This document shows positions 1-9,138 of a DNA stretch of 64,000 bases, piece after piece (position 1 is the first letter of the stretch; each line of letters starts with the position of its first letter). Source of the stretch: Candidatus Poribacteria bacterium (GTDB lineage Bacteria; Poribacteria; WGA-4E; WGA-3G); NCBI GenBank assembly GCA_963665235.2, contig CAXXLX010000002.1, positions 448,001 through 512,000 of the forward strand. Reading direction: 5' to 3'. The notes beneath the pieces are model-generated. The model did no database searches. It saw nothing but the letters and a program-made list of their open reading frames with translations, and had not been told where the DNA came from. The translations under genes were made by a program, and so were the position numbers.

Positions 1-84
1 CAAACGCACCGCTTTCCTCCGAAAAATGTTTTGGTTTTCTGTTATGTTAGTTGCCAATGGTTTGATTTTTCTTCAGAAAAAATA

Positions 85-169
85 TCGCAAGGACAAAAAC
101 TTTACACGCCCGAATCGCAAGGACAAAAACTTTACACGTCCCGAAAAGGAGTGTGTAAAGTTTCTGTAC
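85..169. repeat. Cluster of MITE-like ends: two 30-bp tandem copies containing GGACAAAAACTTTACACG, followed by an inverted copy
   Basis: Direct copies at 91-111 and 121-141; inverted GAGTGTGTAAAGTTTCTGTAC at 149-169. Same motif as the ends at 5249/5849 and 38175/38691. Confidence 0.75.
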
Positions 170-255
170 AAGTTAATTTATTGATGCTTAGTATTTGGAA
201 AACCAACGGTTCCCCACTCCTACAGCAAAACGCATTGTGCATCACACGCGTGTTC

Positions 256-283
256 GTAGTAGGGCAATTTATTGCCCTACTAC
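256..283. repeat. GTAG-type REP-like palindrome
   Basis: GTAGTAGGGCAAT-TT-ATTGCCCTACTAC forms a perfect 13-bp stem just downstream of hsdS. Confidence 0.7.
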
Positions 284-318
284 AAACAGTGCTCTGGACA
301 CAAAAACCACGTAACCTT

Positions 319-1461
319 TCAATTCTCTTTAGGCTCCTCACTAGGCTTCACCAACCGCACGCGCCCCGTGAGCAGTTGCTGCATCATGCCCTGCTTGATG
401 GCGCGGGTTTTGTCGCGACGCTGCTCCAACGCGGTAATCTCGGCATCCATGTCTGAGAGGACAGAGGCGATGGCTTGTTGTTCTTCGTAATCAGGAGCAT
501 ATAATTTAAGATTTTGGTACTCGGATATGTAGTACCGTTTGTGGTTACCCAATGGAAAATCAATCAATTGCATCCGCTCAAACACATATTTGAGACTAAC
601 ACGCTCATGTTTGGGATACAAAAGTTTGATTGCCGAAGACTTAACTTTGAAAGGAAATGTCGCGTACTTACTGTCTGTGGTAAAATCATCAAAAACGATA
701 ACAGGAAAATTATGACAGATTCCAGAAACTTCGTCGGTATAACCAAGAATAAAAGCCTTATTCGCTGTCAAAACTGGAACATCCCCATTTTCCAAGTACT
801 CAGTGGATTTAACGATGTAAGCATCTGGTCGTCTGTAGCTAAGTAAATTGCTAATCTCTGTTTTTTCCCACGCCCCGCTGAATCCGGGCAGGCGCGTTTT
901 ACCGGTCAGCAGTTGCTGCATGGTAGCTTGCTTAATCGCCTGCTTCTTAGCGATGAGTGCCTCCAAGGCGTTGAGCAACCCATCCACATCTGATAACGCT
1001 TCGGCGATAGCGCGTTGTTCATCAATTTCTTGAGGCAAGTTTACCTCAATCTTGTTCATCTCAAACCTATTAAGCTTTGCACGCGTTCCACCAGACAAAT
1101 AAGGGAGTATATCCTTATGGACTAGTGAATAATACAAAAAGCCTTGGTCGTAATCAATTTTGGCTTTGAGAACGTGGGCGTGATTGTTGACCCAAATCTT
1201 TCCTTTCATCCGATAAGCGATTGGACGGTAGGAATATTCATCAAAATGTCCACCATCTTCAGCCATCAGAATTACGTCATCATCTATAACAAAATCATTC
1301 ACATAGTCAAGCACGCCATTTGCTCCACAATACGGGTAGGGTCCCGGCATGCCAGAGCGTTGTGCCTCATTCAATGGAATGCGGACGTTATCCAAACAAT
1401 CTGCAATCTGGTACAATTGTTTTGTTTCCCACTCACCGCTAAACCTTTGCTGATTACTCAT
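319..1461 (-). CDS. hsdS: Type I restriction-modification specificity subunit
   Basis: Two TRDs, each followed by the conserved region EQxAIAxxLSDxD...IKQxxMQQLLTG; overlaps the hsdM stop. Confidence 0.95.
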   Translation of the reverse strand: MSNQQRFSGEWETKQLYQIADCLDNVRIPLNEAQRSGMPGPYPYCGANGVLDYVNDFVIDDDVILMAEDGGHFDEYSYRPIAYRMKGKIWVNNHAHVLKAKIDYDQGFLYYSLVHKDILPYLSGGTRAKLNRFEMNKIEVNLPQEIDEQRAIAEALSDVDGLLNALEALIAKKQAIKQATMQQLLTGKTRLPGFSGAWEKTEISNLLSYRRPDAYIVKSTEYLENGDVPVLTANKAFILGYTDEVSGICHNFPVIVFDDFTTDSKYATFPFKVKSSAIKLLYPKHERVSLKYVFERMQLIDFPLGNHKRYYISEYQNLKLYAPDYEEQQAIASVLSDMDAEITALEQRRDKTRAIKQGMMQQLLTGRVRLVKPSEEPKEN

Positions 1462-3916
1462 CCCACGCCACCCCCATATTTAACAAATGTGCCTCTACCT
1501 TCGCACTAAACGTTTCCACATCACGCTCCAGATCCGGCAACGGCTGTGCATAACGTTCCTCCAGTTCCTGCACGCGTCCTGTCAAAGTTTGGATCACTCG
1601 CTGGATTTCACCTTCAATCGCTGATTGGATATTGGCGAACCATTTATCGTCAATTACGAGCTCCTTGATTTCCGTTTCGGTGAGAGTTGCGTACCGTGCT
1701 AACACCTGCTCATCCAGCGCGAGTTGAGCGGCTTTTACTGCCTTGTCCGCTTTAGATTTCGCCTCAATTAGCGATAAGCAGTGTTCCAGGGCATCGCGTT
1801 CTTCATCGCCGCCTTGGGTCCCGTTGTGTATCATCAGATTGGGTGTAAGTTCTTTGAGTCTTGCGCTTACAGTGGCCTTTGTGACGTTTCCACTGTCGTT
1901 AGTGGCATCGGTGAGCAACCCCTCCTCACCGGTGTGTTCCTCAATGTATTCCTCTAACGCACTCGCAGCAGTCACCTGTTTTGCCTGCAACATCTCAATA
2001 GCGTTTTGCTTATCGACAAAGTAGCGGGTGATTATCAACGATGGCGGAATCAGGTCCATCTTATATTTCTTGCTTTTGATAGTTAGGTCCGGGGTTTCCT
2101 TAACCTTTTTGTCCTGAATGAGGGGGCGCGGTTTCGCCGCTTCCATCCATCCGTTTGTCGCAATAAGATAGAGGTCGTCCTGCATCACCTCATCCCAATA
2201 GTCCATTAGCTTTTGATACACATCGTAGGCATCCAGCAGCGGGAGGTCACCAAATTGTTGTAGTAGGTCTTCCGATAAGGGACGAATGACCTCTCTAGGC
2301 TTGGTGCCGACATCAATCCCGTCCAGCATCGACTCATGCGTTTTCCGCCATGTTTCAAAGACATCCGTAACGCGCTGTTGGTAAACATTGAACTCACCAT
2401 GGGAGAGGATAGTCGTTTTTACCTGTTGTGTTTCCACTTTTGGGTCGCTGTACCCCGGTCTACCGTTGCCTTTAAACAGAGCATTGCGTAACGTAGGAAA
2501 AACGTTCCAATAGTCAGCAAGTGCGTCAATATCGGTGTCAGGAATTCCGCCGTTGAGGTGTGCGTTGAGGTCGTGCAGGTCTTCCGGTTCGCTGGTATCA
2601 ATATAGCGTGGTATGTTGAGGTTATAGTCGTTAGAAGGATCAGCAATTTCGGTCACTGGCACCATACGGGAGTAGCGTGGCAGTTCAGTCTGTTCATTGA
2701 ACACCGACACGATTTTATGTATGTCCTGTGCGCGAAGGCGGTTTTTGTTGCCATCCTTGAGAAAACCGTTGCTCGCGTCTATCATGAAGATACCTTTGCG
2801 GACATTGGCGTTCTCTTTGTCGATAACGAGAATACAGGCGGGGATGCCGGTCCCGTAGAAAAGATTAGCAGGTAAACCGATAATCCCCTTGATAAAACCG
2901 CGTTGGATGAGGTTTCTGCGGATGTCTGCCTCTCTGTTTCCGCGAAACAACACGCCGTGGGGCAAGATAATCGCGCCTTTTCCCTTACTCCGAAGCGATG
3001 CGATGAAGTGTAGCAGGAACGCGTAATCCCCGTTTCTTGCAGGTGGAACCCCGTACTCAAAACGGTTATAAATATCGTTATTTGGGTTGAGCCCGTTCGT
3101 CCACGCTTTGTCAGAAAAGGGTGGATTGGCAACAGCGAAGTCGAAGGTTCTGAGGGTGTTGTCTGTCCCTTTGAAGTAAGGTTCAGCGAGCGTATTGCCG
3201 TGCCATAGTTCAGCAGTGACGTTATCGTGGAGGATCATGTTCATCCGCGCGAGTGCGTGGGTTGCATTGTCTTTTTCTTGTCCATAGATGGTAAGTCCGC
3301 GGGGTGCCTCGTCGTCCGCCCTGAGTAGCAAGGAGCCGGAGCCGCAAGTGGGGTCATAAATAGTCTTGTCTTGGGAGGTGTTGGGTCCGATGCCGATTAC
3401 CTTCGCCATAATGCGTGAGACTTCAGCGGGTGTATAGAATTGCCCCTTGCTTTTGCCGGATTCGGTGGCGAAGTGCCGCATGAGATATTCGTAGGCATCG
3501 CCCAACAGATCATCCCCTTCAGCCCGGTTTGCGCTTAAGTCGAGGTCGTTAAAGATAGCAACCAGTTTGGAGAGTCTATCCTGCATCTCTTGTCCTCTGC
3601 CGAGTTTGCTATCATCGTTGAAATCCGCCTGATCGATAACACCTTTCAGTTCGTTTTCTTCCGCGAATTTACCGATAATTTTATTGATTTTGTCGCCGAT
3701 TTCCTTGTCCCCTATTAGTTGCACCATATCCGAGAAACTTCCGCCTTCAGGTGCCGTGATGAGTGCGTGGGGGTCGTTTTCGGTTTTGTCGGAGACGTAT
3801 TTCATGAACAGGAGCGTGAGGATGTAGTCTTTGTATTGTGAGGCATCCATACCCCCACGCAGCTCGTCGCAGCTTTGCCAGAGGGATGCGTAAAGTTGCG
3901 ATTTTTTTATTGCCAT
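1454..3916 (-). CDS. hsdM: Type I restriction-modification methyltransferase subunit
   Basis: LWQSCDELRGGMDASQYKDY, GQFYTP, YDPTCGSGSLL and ANPPF motifs. Confidence 0.97.
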   Translation of the reverse strand: MAIKKSQLYASLWQSCDELRGGMDASQYKDYILTLLFMKYVSDKTENDPHALITAPEGGSFSDMVQLIGDKEIGDKINKIIGKFAEENELKGVIDQADFNDDSKLGRGQEMQDRLSKLVAIFNDLDLSANRAEGDDLLGDAYEYLMRHFATESGKSKGQFYTPAEVSRIMAKVIGIGPNTSQDKTIYDPTCGSGSLLLRADDEAPRGLTIYGQEKDNATHALARMNMILHDNVTAELWHGNTLAEPYFKGTDNTLRTFDFAVANPPFSDKAWTNGLNPNNDIYNRFEYGVPPARNGDYAFLLHFIASLRSKGKGAIILPHGVLFRGNREADIRRNLIQRGFIKGIIGLPANLFYGTGIPACILVIDKENANVRKGIFMIDASNGFLKDGNKNRLRAQDIHKIVSVFNEQTELPRYSRMVPVTEIADPSNDYNLNIPRYIDTSEPEDLHDLNAHLNGGIPDTDIDALADYWNVFPTLRNALFKGNGRPGYSDPKVETQQVKTTILSHGEFNVYQQRVTDVFETWRKTHESMLDGIDVGTKPREVIRPLSEDLLQQFGDLPLLDAYDVYQKLMDYWDEVMQDDLYLIATNGWMEAAKPRPLIQDKKVKETPDLTIKSKKYKMDLIPPSLIITRYFVDKQNAIEMLQAKQVTAASALEEYIEEHTGEEGLLTDATNDSGNVTKATVSARLKELTPNLMIHNGTQGGDEERDALEHCLSLIEAKSKADKAVKAAQLALDEQVLARYATLTETEIKELVIDDKWFANIQSAIEGEIQRVIQTLTGRVQELEERYAQPLPDLERDVETFSAKVEAHLLNMGVAWDE

Positions 3917-3971
3917 CCGTGAATTCCTTTCTAATGAGACATAGCGAACTTTTCAAATTTTTATGTTCAAA

Positions 3972-4000
3972 AGTCTACTACAAATTAACACTTATGTCAA
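3972..4000 (-). promoter_or_regulatory. sigma70-type promoter for hsdM
   Basis: Minus strand TTGACA-17 nt-TAGACT. Confidence 0.6.
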
Positions 4001-4019
4001 CACCTTTATTGACAGCGGG

Positions 4020-5241
4020 CAGGGCCATTTAGTTTTAAGAATTTTCATGTGATGAGGTTAACTGCGAGTTTAGGTTTTGAGGCGAAAGATCGTATTGTCT
4101 CGGTGATTTTCGTATAACCGGCAAATCGTAAGACTGCCAGTGCGGTGTCGTAAAGCTGCCATGACTTGGGGGATGCTGCCTGTTCTTGCTTTTGAGGCAT
4201 CCTCTCCTAAAACCACGTCTCGAACCCAGTGGGATTTGTTTTCTCGGTGTAGTTTTAGCAAGTCTTCCGCTGTTGCCTCTTCGGGCGACAAGTTATGATA
4301 CCATACTGGATAGAAGTTTCACATTCACCTGTTTTGGTATTGACGCGCTGCACTTTGTATTGATAGACTTGTGCAAGAAGACACGCTTGTGCTAGCTGTT
4401 AGGATGCGTGTGATGATAAATCCGCGTGTTTCTTCAACATCGGTGTGCGTTTGTAGGTGTGCCCCTGCTTGCGTGTGTGCGTTTTGAAGTCTGCGTGCTT
4501 GCACCTCGGGGGGGTCCGTCTCTACAAGGGGGGCAAAGACCCACACAATATCGATATACATCTGTTTCTGATTCTTTTTGACACGCAGCACATAATAGGC
4601 TTTCTGTTTGATAAGTTCTTTACAAAAAGCACGTTGGGTCAATAGAGCATCCGTTGTCACCACTTTTCCTTTGACATCAAACTTTTCCAGCAGTTCCCGG
4701 GAAATAGGTATTCATTGGTCTTGTGACTGACGGCACATTGTGCAAGGGTAACCCCTAACTCATGACAGACAGCGGAGAGTAAATGGGTTCGGCGGCCGGT
4801 GTCTATGTCTATGGAACCGCAGAGTTCTTTACCATCTATAGCAATGCCTTTCAAACCCGATCAAGAGCCGCAAGTTGTAAAGACACCCATTCGGTTAGGG
4901 CGGTTTCTAAACTTTCTAATCAAGATGCTTAAACATCGTGGCAGGACACGGGGCGGAAACCTAACGCTTCAACAGGTTCATTGCGGGCCCAGGTCGCTAT
5001 AGACGTATAACCTGTATGACCGCACAGAAAACCGATAATTAAGAGCACCAAAGGATGCGTTTGCCTTTTGCCTTGCGTGGATCTACAATTTGTGATAATA
5101 TACTGAGTAACATACTTCAACCTTCCTAAAAAAAAGGATTATTTTATTTACAGTGAAGTATAGCAGATGCAGCGAAAAAAGTCACGCTGCATCTGTCCAA
5201 ATCAAAATAATAACAGATATTCCTAAAACTAAATGGCCCTG
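4020..5241 (-). mobile_element. ISAs1-family insertion sequence (degenerate)
   Basis: 22-bp TIRs CAGGGCCATTTAGTTTTA(A/G)GAA at 4020-4041 and 5220-5241; 10-bp target duplication TGACAGCGGG at 4010-4019 and 5242-5251. Confidence 0.92.
4070..5120 (-). pseudogene. ISAs1-family transposase, fragmented
   Basis: Colinear fragments with family motifs IAIDGK, VTTDALLTQ, YVLRVKKNQ and ENKSHWVRDVVLGED across four ORFs. Confidence 0.9.
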
Positions 5242-5390
5242 TGACAGCGGGTGTGTAGAGTTTTCGTACACCCATTTGTAGTAGGGCGATTCATCGCCCG
5301 TCGGGTTGTATAGGGCTCTGACGAACAATGAAGCGCACTACTAAAAATAACGTGAGCTTGATAATAAATGTCTGTTGGTTTCCCTAACCT

Positions 5391-5509
5391 CTATAAATAT
5401 ATCGTCCCTACGGGACTATGCGGGGACCTGAACCGCTGCTTCTATAAATATATCGTCCCTACGGGACTACACGGGGACCTGAACCGCTGCTTCTATAAAC
5501 ATATCGTCC
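5391..5509. repeat. 51-bp tandem repeat (about 2.3 copies) with a GTCCC-TAC-GGGAC hairpin
   Basis: CTATAAA(T/C)ATATCGTCC begins at 5391, 5442 and 5493. Confidence 0.9.
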
Positions 5510-5546
5510 TTGAGGAGCGGGCTGCTTACCCGAATACTGGGACTAA

Positions 5547-5662
5547 TACCATTTTTATTAATTATTCTACCATTACCAGTTGTTAGAAATGAAACGGAGA
5601 ACGGAAGACCCAAACTGGAAGTTTATGCTACAAGAAAGAGACATTTTCAATTAGAAATGGTA
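5547..5662. mobile_element. 116-bp MITE-like element (TACCATTT...AAATGGTA) containing one GTAG hairpin
   Basis: Near-identical reverse-complement copy frames the array at 17254-17657; a partial copy lies at 38124-38174. Confidence 0.8.
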
Positions 5663-5850
5663 TAAGAATTAGACCGTGAACGTCTTTTTCTCTGTACTAA
5701 TCCGCGATTCAAATGACACAGACACGCTCATCATAATCACAAACCCGTGATGCCCATATCTCTTAAAATCCGTGAAATCCGTGTAATCCGCGATAATCCG
5801 CGATTCAGACAAAAAAGATGGGACATAAGTACAAAAACTTTACGCACTCA

Positions 5851-5879
5851 TTGACACCAGAAAATTTTCGTGCTATCAT
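5851..5879 (+). promoter_or_regulatory. sigma70-type promoter for the M24 peptidase
   Basis: TTGACA-17 nt-TATCAT with TG extension. Confidence 0.65.
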
Positions 5880-5947
5880 GCATTTTGTAGATAGCAATAT
5901 ATGTTTTAAAAGGCGACGGCATTTCCGCCCAAGCCGGGGAAAATTTC

Positions 5948-7129
5948 ATGAAGATAGCTGAAATTCAAAATGTATTAGGAACGTTAGGTCTAGATGCCTG
6001 GCTACTATACGATTTCCGGGGCATCAATCCCATTGCGCAGAACGTCGCAGGCTTAACAGGGAAAAACATTACACGCCGATGGTTTTGCCTTATTCCCGCT
6101 GAAGGTGAACCGCGCTGGTTAATCCATCGAATTGAAACATCAAATTTCGCCGATGTACCCGGGCACATCGCACACTACGCAGCGTGGCAGGAGCTTAACG
6201 AACAGATTGAAGTGCTACTCGCCGGGGTCAAATCGGTTGCGATGGAATATTCACCGAATGCCGAAATCCCCTATATCTCACGAGTAGATGCAGGCACCTT
6301 AGAGTGGATTCGCGGGTTTGCAGTGGAAATTCATTCCTCTGCAGCCCTAGCACAACACATCGAAGCACGCCTGAGTGAAGAGCAGTACATCGGACATCAA
6401 GAGGCTGCGCACTCCGTTTTGCAAGCGAAGGACTACGTGTTCAAATGGATTGGGGACAAACTGCGAGCAGGGACACCTATTACCGAATATGATGCACAAC
6501 AGATAATCCTCCAGCAATTTGGTGAGATGGAGCTGATAACGGAACACCCACCTATTGTTGCCGTCAATGCAAACAGCGGCGACCCGCATTATGCACCTAC
6601 GGCAACGCGCACCGACCCGATTAAAGCGGGGGATTTCATACTCATTGATTTGTGGGCGAAACAGAAAACCCCCGATGCTATCTTCGCTGATACCACATGG
6701 GTCGCTTATGCAGGAGCAACTGTCCCGGATAGATACGTTCAAATTTTTGAAATTGTCAGAGAGGCACGCGATAGGGCAGTAACGTTTATCCGTGAAAAAT
6801 GGGCAGCAGACGAACCGATACCCGGCTACGCTGTCGACGATTGTGTGCGTGGGTATATCACCGAAAAGGGGTACGGAGAATTTTTTATACACCGCACCGG
6901 GCACAATATCGGCACCGCTATTCACGGAAACGGGGTGAATTTGGATAACCTAGAGACACGGGACGCACGGGTGCTCATCCCCGGAATCTGTTTTTCAATT
7001 GAGCCGGGTATCTATCTTACCGCCTTCGGCGTGCGGACTGAGATTGATGTCTTCTTAACTGGTCCAGGGCGAGACGGCGTAAAGTTGACAACCTCCCCCG
7101 TTCAAAATCAGGTATTGCCTCTGCTGTAA
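5948..7129 (+). CDS. M24-family metallopeptidase (Xaa-Pro aminopeptidase-like)
   Basis: DPHY, LIDLW...FADTT, HRTGHNIG, FSIEPGIY and GVRTE metal-site motifs. Confidence 0.9.
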   Translation: MKIAEIQNVLGTLGLDAWLLYDFRGINPIAQNVAGLTGKNITRRWFCLIPAEGEPRWLIHRIETSNFADVPGHIAHYAAWQELNEQIEVLLAGVKSVAMEYSPNAEIPYISRVDAGTLEWIRGFAVEIHSSAALAQHIEARLSEEQYIGHQEAAHSVLQAKDYVFKWIGDKLRAGTPITEYDAQQIILQQFGEMELITEHPPIVAVNANSGDPHYAPTATRTDPIKAGDFILIDLWAKQKTPDAIFADTTWVAYAGATVPDRYVQIFEIVREARDRAVTFIREKWAADEPIPGYAVDDCVRGYITEKGYGEFFIHRTGHNIGTAIHGNGVNLDNLETRDARVLIPGICFSIEPGIYLTAFGVRTEIDVFLTGPGRDGVKLTTSPVQNQVLPLL

Positions 7130-7868
7130 TCTTATAGTTCCGTTTTTTCAGATCCGCGAGAATATGGGCGAGGTATATCCGAGAATTCAGAATCCACTGA
7201 TCGGCGTAAGTTGTCGCAAGGATACGAAGGGCAGGAGCCAGCCGAGGGCCCTCAAGTAACCACTGCTCCGCATACTCGGCGTAGTCCTTATCCACCAGTC
7301 CCGCACTGCCGAGTGAATAGGTAACATACCTTTTGTCTGCACGTTGTTCATCTCGCACATCAAGGGCAGTTGTGAGACTTAAACGGCGCGCGCCATTAAT
7401 TTCAAAAACCCAAAAAAAGTAATCTTCATTGTGCCCGAGGTATCCGACCTCTACATCGAGGCGGTGGTTCACGTCAGTGGGAACGGCGTTCATCCCCATA
7501 TCCCGTTTTATCAAAATCGGATACACCGCTGAAAAGAGCATCTGTTCATATCCAAGCGGTTGATGGGCCCGATTGAGGATATCCAGCAGCATTTTCTGTT
7601 CTTCCGGTTTCTTGAGTTCTAGACAACTTTTTGAAAAGACCTCCTCCCGCAAAGTTTGCATTTCAGCGGTGGCATTTTCATGAAGCGGGTTGAGTTCACG
7701 GGCCAATTTTACAATACGGCGGCGTTTCGGTAAAGTACGCCAAAGTATCCAGTGTGCAAACGCCTGCCACGTCTCTCTTTGACGCAATTGTCCCAAAAAC
7801 GCCTCCGCCCCAATAAAAAAACGTTTAATCAGATTATCCGTTGCAAGGTCTCGTTGTTGATTTGCCAT
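7017..7868 (-). CDS. Hypothetical protein; true stop probably near 7132
   Basis: Fills the gap between peptidase and tRNA with protein-like composition. The last ~38 codons overlap the peptidase antisense. Confidence 0.65.
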   Translation of the reverse strand: MANQQRDLATDNLIKRFFIGAEAFLGQLRQRETWQAFAHWILWRTLPKRRRIVKLARELNPLHENATAEMQTLREEVFSKSCLELKKPEEQKMLLDILNRAHQPLGYEQMLFSAVYPILIKRDMGMNAVPTDVNHRLDVEVGYLGHNEDYFFWVFEINGARRLSLTTALDVRDEQRADKRYVTYSLGSAGLVDKDYAEYAEQWLLEGPRLAPALRILATTYADQWILNSRIYLAHILADLKKRNYKITAEAIPDFERGRLSTLRRLALDQLRRHQSQSARRRR

Positions 7869-7874
7869 AATTTT

Positions 7875-7903
7875 TTGACTTTTCTCCCAAAATGTGTTAA
7901 TAT
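7875..7903 (+). promoter_or_regulatory. sigma70-type promoter for tRNA-Leu
   Basis: TTGACT-17 nt-TAATAT with TG extension, 40 nt upstream of the tRNA. Confidence 0.55.
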
Positions 7904-7942
7904 ATTACGTGTTTATTTTGAAATGATTTCAGAAAGACGCGC

Positions 7943-8027
7943 GCCGGAGTGGTGAAATCGGTAGACGCACTGGACTCAAAATCCAGCGGGCCCTAGGTCC
8001 ATGTCGGTTCGAGTCCGACCTCCGGCA
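7943..8027 (+). tRNA. tRNA-Leu (CAA); CCA not encoded
   Basis: Acceptor stem GCCGGAG/CTCCGGC, anticodon arm CTGGA-CTCAAAA-TCCAG, long variable arm, T-loop GGTTCGAGTCC. Confidence 0.97.
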
Positions 8028-8030
8028 TCG

Positions 8031-8068
8031 GGCGATGGTTTATATTTTGACCATCGCCTTCCGCTTTT
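8031..8068. terminator. Hairpin between convergent tRNA and isomerase genes, possible terminator
   Basis: GGCGATGGT/ACCATCGCC 9-bp stem followed by TTCCGCTTTT. Confidence 0.4.
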
Positions 8069-8072
8069 GCGA

Positions 8073-8864
8073 CTACATCGCCACAATTTTCCGCATCCGT
8101 TCCGCAAGGTCAATCTGTGCTGCCCTGTCACCGCCAACCTCGTGAATCAGGTACCCGTCGTACCCTACCTCCCGAAACGCTGCCATGACCGCTGGCCAAT
8201 CTGTATCACCATCTAATAGGTTAACAAACCGATGCGACCCGCGTGAAAAATCCTTGAAGTGCACCCGCTTGATACGATGTCCCAGCTCGCGTATCCAGTG
8301 TTCAGGATACCCATAAGCCATCATATTCGCAGTATCCAGATAGGTGCCAACCCAGTCGCTTCCAACCTCGTCCACGATTTCGCGCATCTCTTTCGGACTA
8401 AGCAGGAATTTGTTCCATACGTTCTCCAGACCGATAGCAACCTTATGCGCCTCGGCTGATGGAGCAAGCTCTTTCAGAATACCGACGAGGTTATCCCATA
8501 CCACTTGATATGTCCCCTCAACTGTCAATTGACCGGGGTGCAATAAAATGCCCCCGACTCCGAGTGCACCAGCAACCTCCAACCCGCGCGATAATGAAAT
8601 CGCACCATTTTTTCGCTGCTCCGCATCGAGACTGAGCAGATTCCCACGGTTTGAATACCCCGCAGTGATACTACCGATTTCAACACCAGCAGCCTTGCAC
8701 TTCGCAGCAATTCCGTGCAGCTCCGAATCGCTCATATTAATGTCTGTATCCTTCCCCTCACCGAAGGTGAGTTCAACCGCCTCATAGCCAGCGTCCTGAC
8801 AAAGTGCCAACGTATCGTCTAAGGACATATTTCCAAGGATAATTTGCGTAACGCCTATCTTCAT
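8073..8864 (-). CDS. Sugar phosphate isomerase/epimerase (xylose isomerase-like TIM barrel)
   Basis: GLENVWNKFL, YLDTAN, VHFKD and IHE metal motifs. Confidence 0.88.
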   Translation of the reverse strand: MKIGVTQIILGNMSLDDTLALCQDAGYEAVELTFGEGKDTDINMSDSELHGIAAKCKAAGVEIGSITAGYSNRGNLLSLDAEQRKNGAISLSRGLEVAGALGVGGILLHPGQLTVEGTYQVVWDNLVGILKELAPSAEAHKVAIGLENVWNKFLLSPKEMREIVDEVGSDWVGTYLDTANMMAYGYPEHWIRELGHRIKRVHFKDFSRGSHRFVNLLDGDTDWPAVMAAFREVGYDGYLIHEVGGDRAAQIDLAERMRKIVAM

Positions 8865-9106
8865 TATTTCTCCTTTTCAGTATAAAACTGTGTCGATGTC
8901 AACGCCTCTATGCAGAGGTAGCGGCATTCAAGACATTGTGGGCACCGCAGCTCGACATAGTAGGCATCGTTAAACACACCGTCAATCCAGTTTGAAGGAA
9001 CACTTCGGGGTGTTCCCAAAAATTGGTCAAGTACTTCATATTCGCGGTTACAATCCGGACATATTTGCAAGTCGTGTCCGATATCAATTTGATTTAGCCA
9101 CCCCAT
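8864..9106 (-). CDS. Small Cys-rich hypothetical protein (possible zinc ribbon)
   Basis: CPDC and CPQCxxC motifs; TAATG stop/start coupling to the isomerase; directly follows hflX. Confidence 0.55.
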   Translation of the reverse strand: MGWLNQIDIGHDLQICPDCNREYEVLDQFLGTPRSVPSNWIDGVFNDAYYVELRCPQCLECRYLCIEALTSTQFYTEKEK

Positions 9107-9138
9107 CGTTCGGAATCCTATTTTATCTTTGCTGTATG

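Larger units (their letters stand above)
5249..5849. mobile_element. Non-autonomous MITE-like shell with mosaic repeat cargo
   Basis: 21-bp imperfect TIRs GGGTGTGTAGAGTTTTCGTAC / GTACAAAAACTTTACGCACTC; 9-bp near-duplication ATTGACA(G/C)C at 4008-4016 and 5850-5858 once the IS is removed. Confidence 0.7.

Noticed and set aside
319-1461. Phase-variable hsdS shufflon
   Set aside because: No second hsdS, recombinase or long simple-sequence repeat is visible; the region left of the window is unknown.
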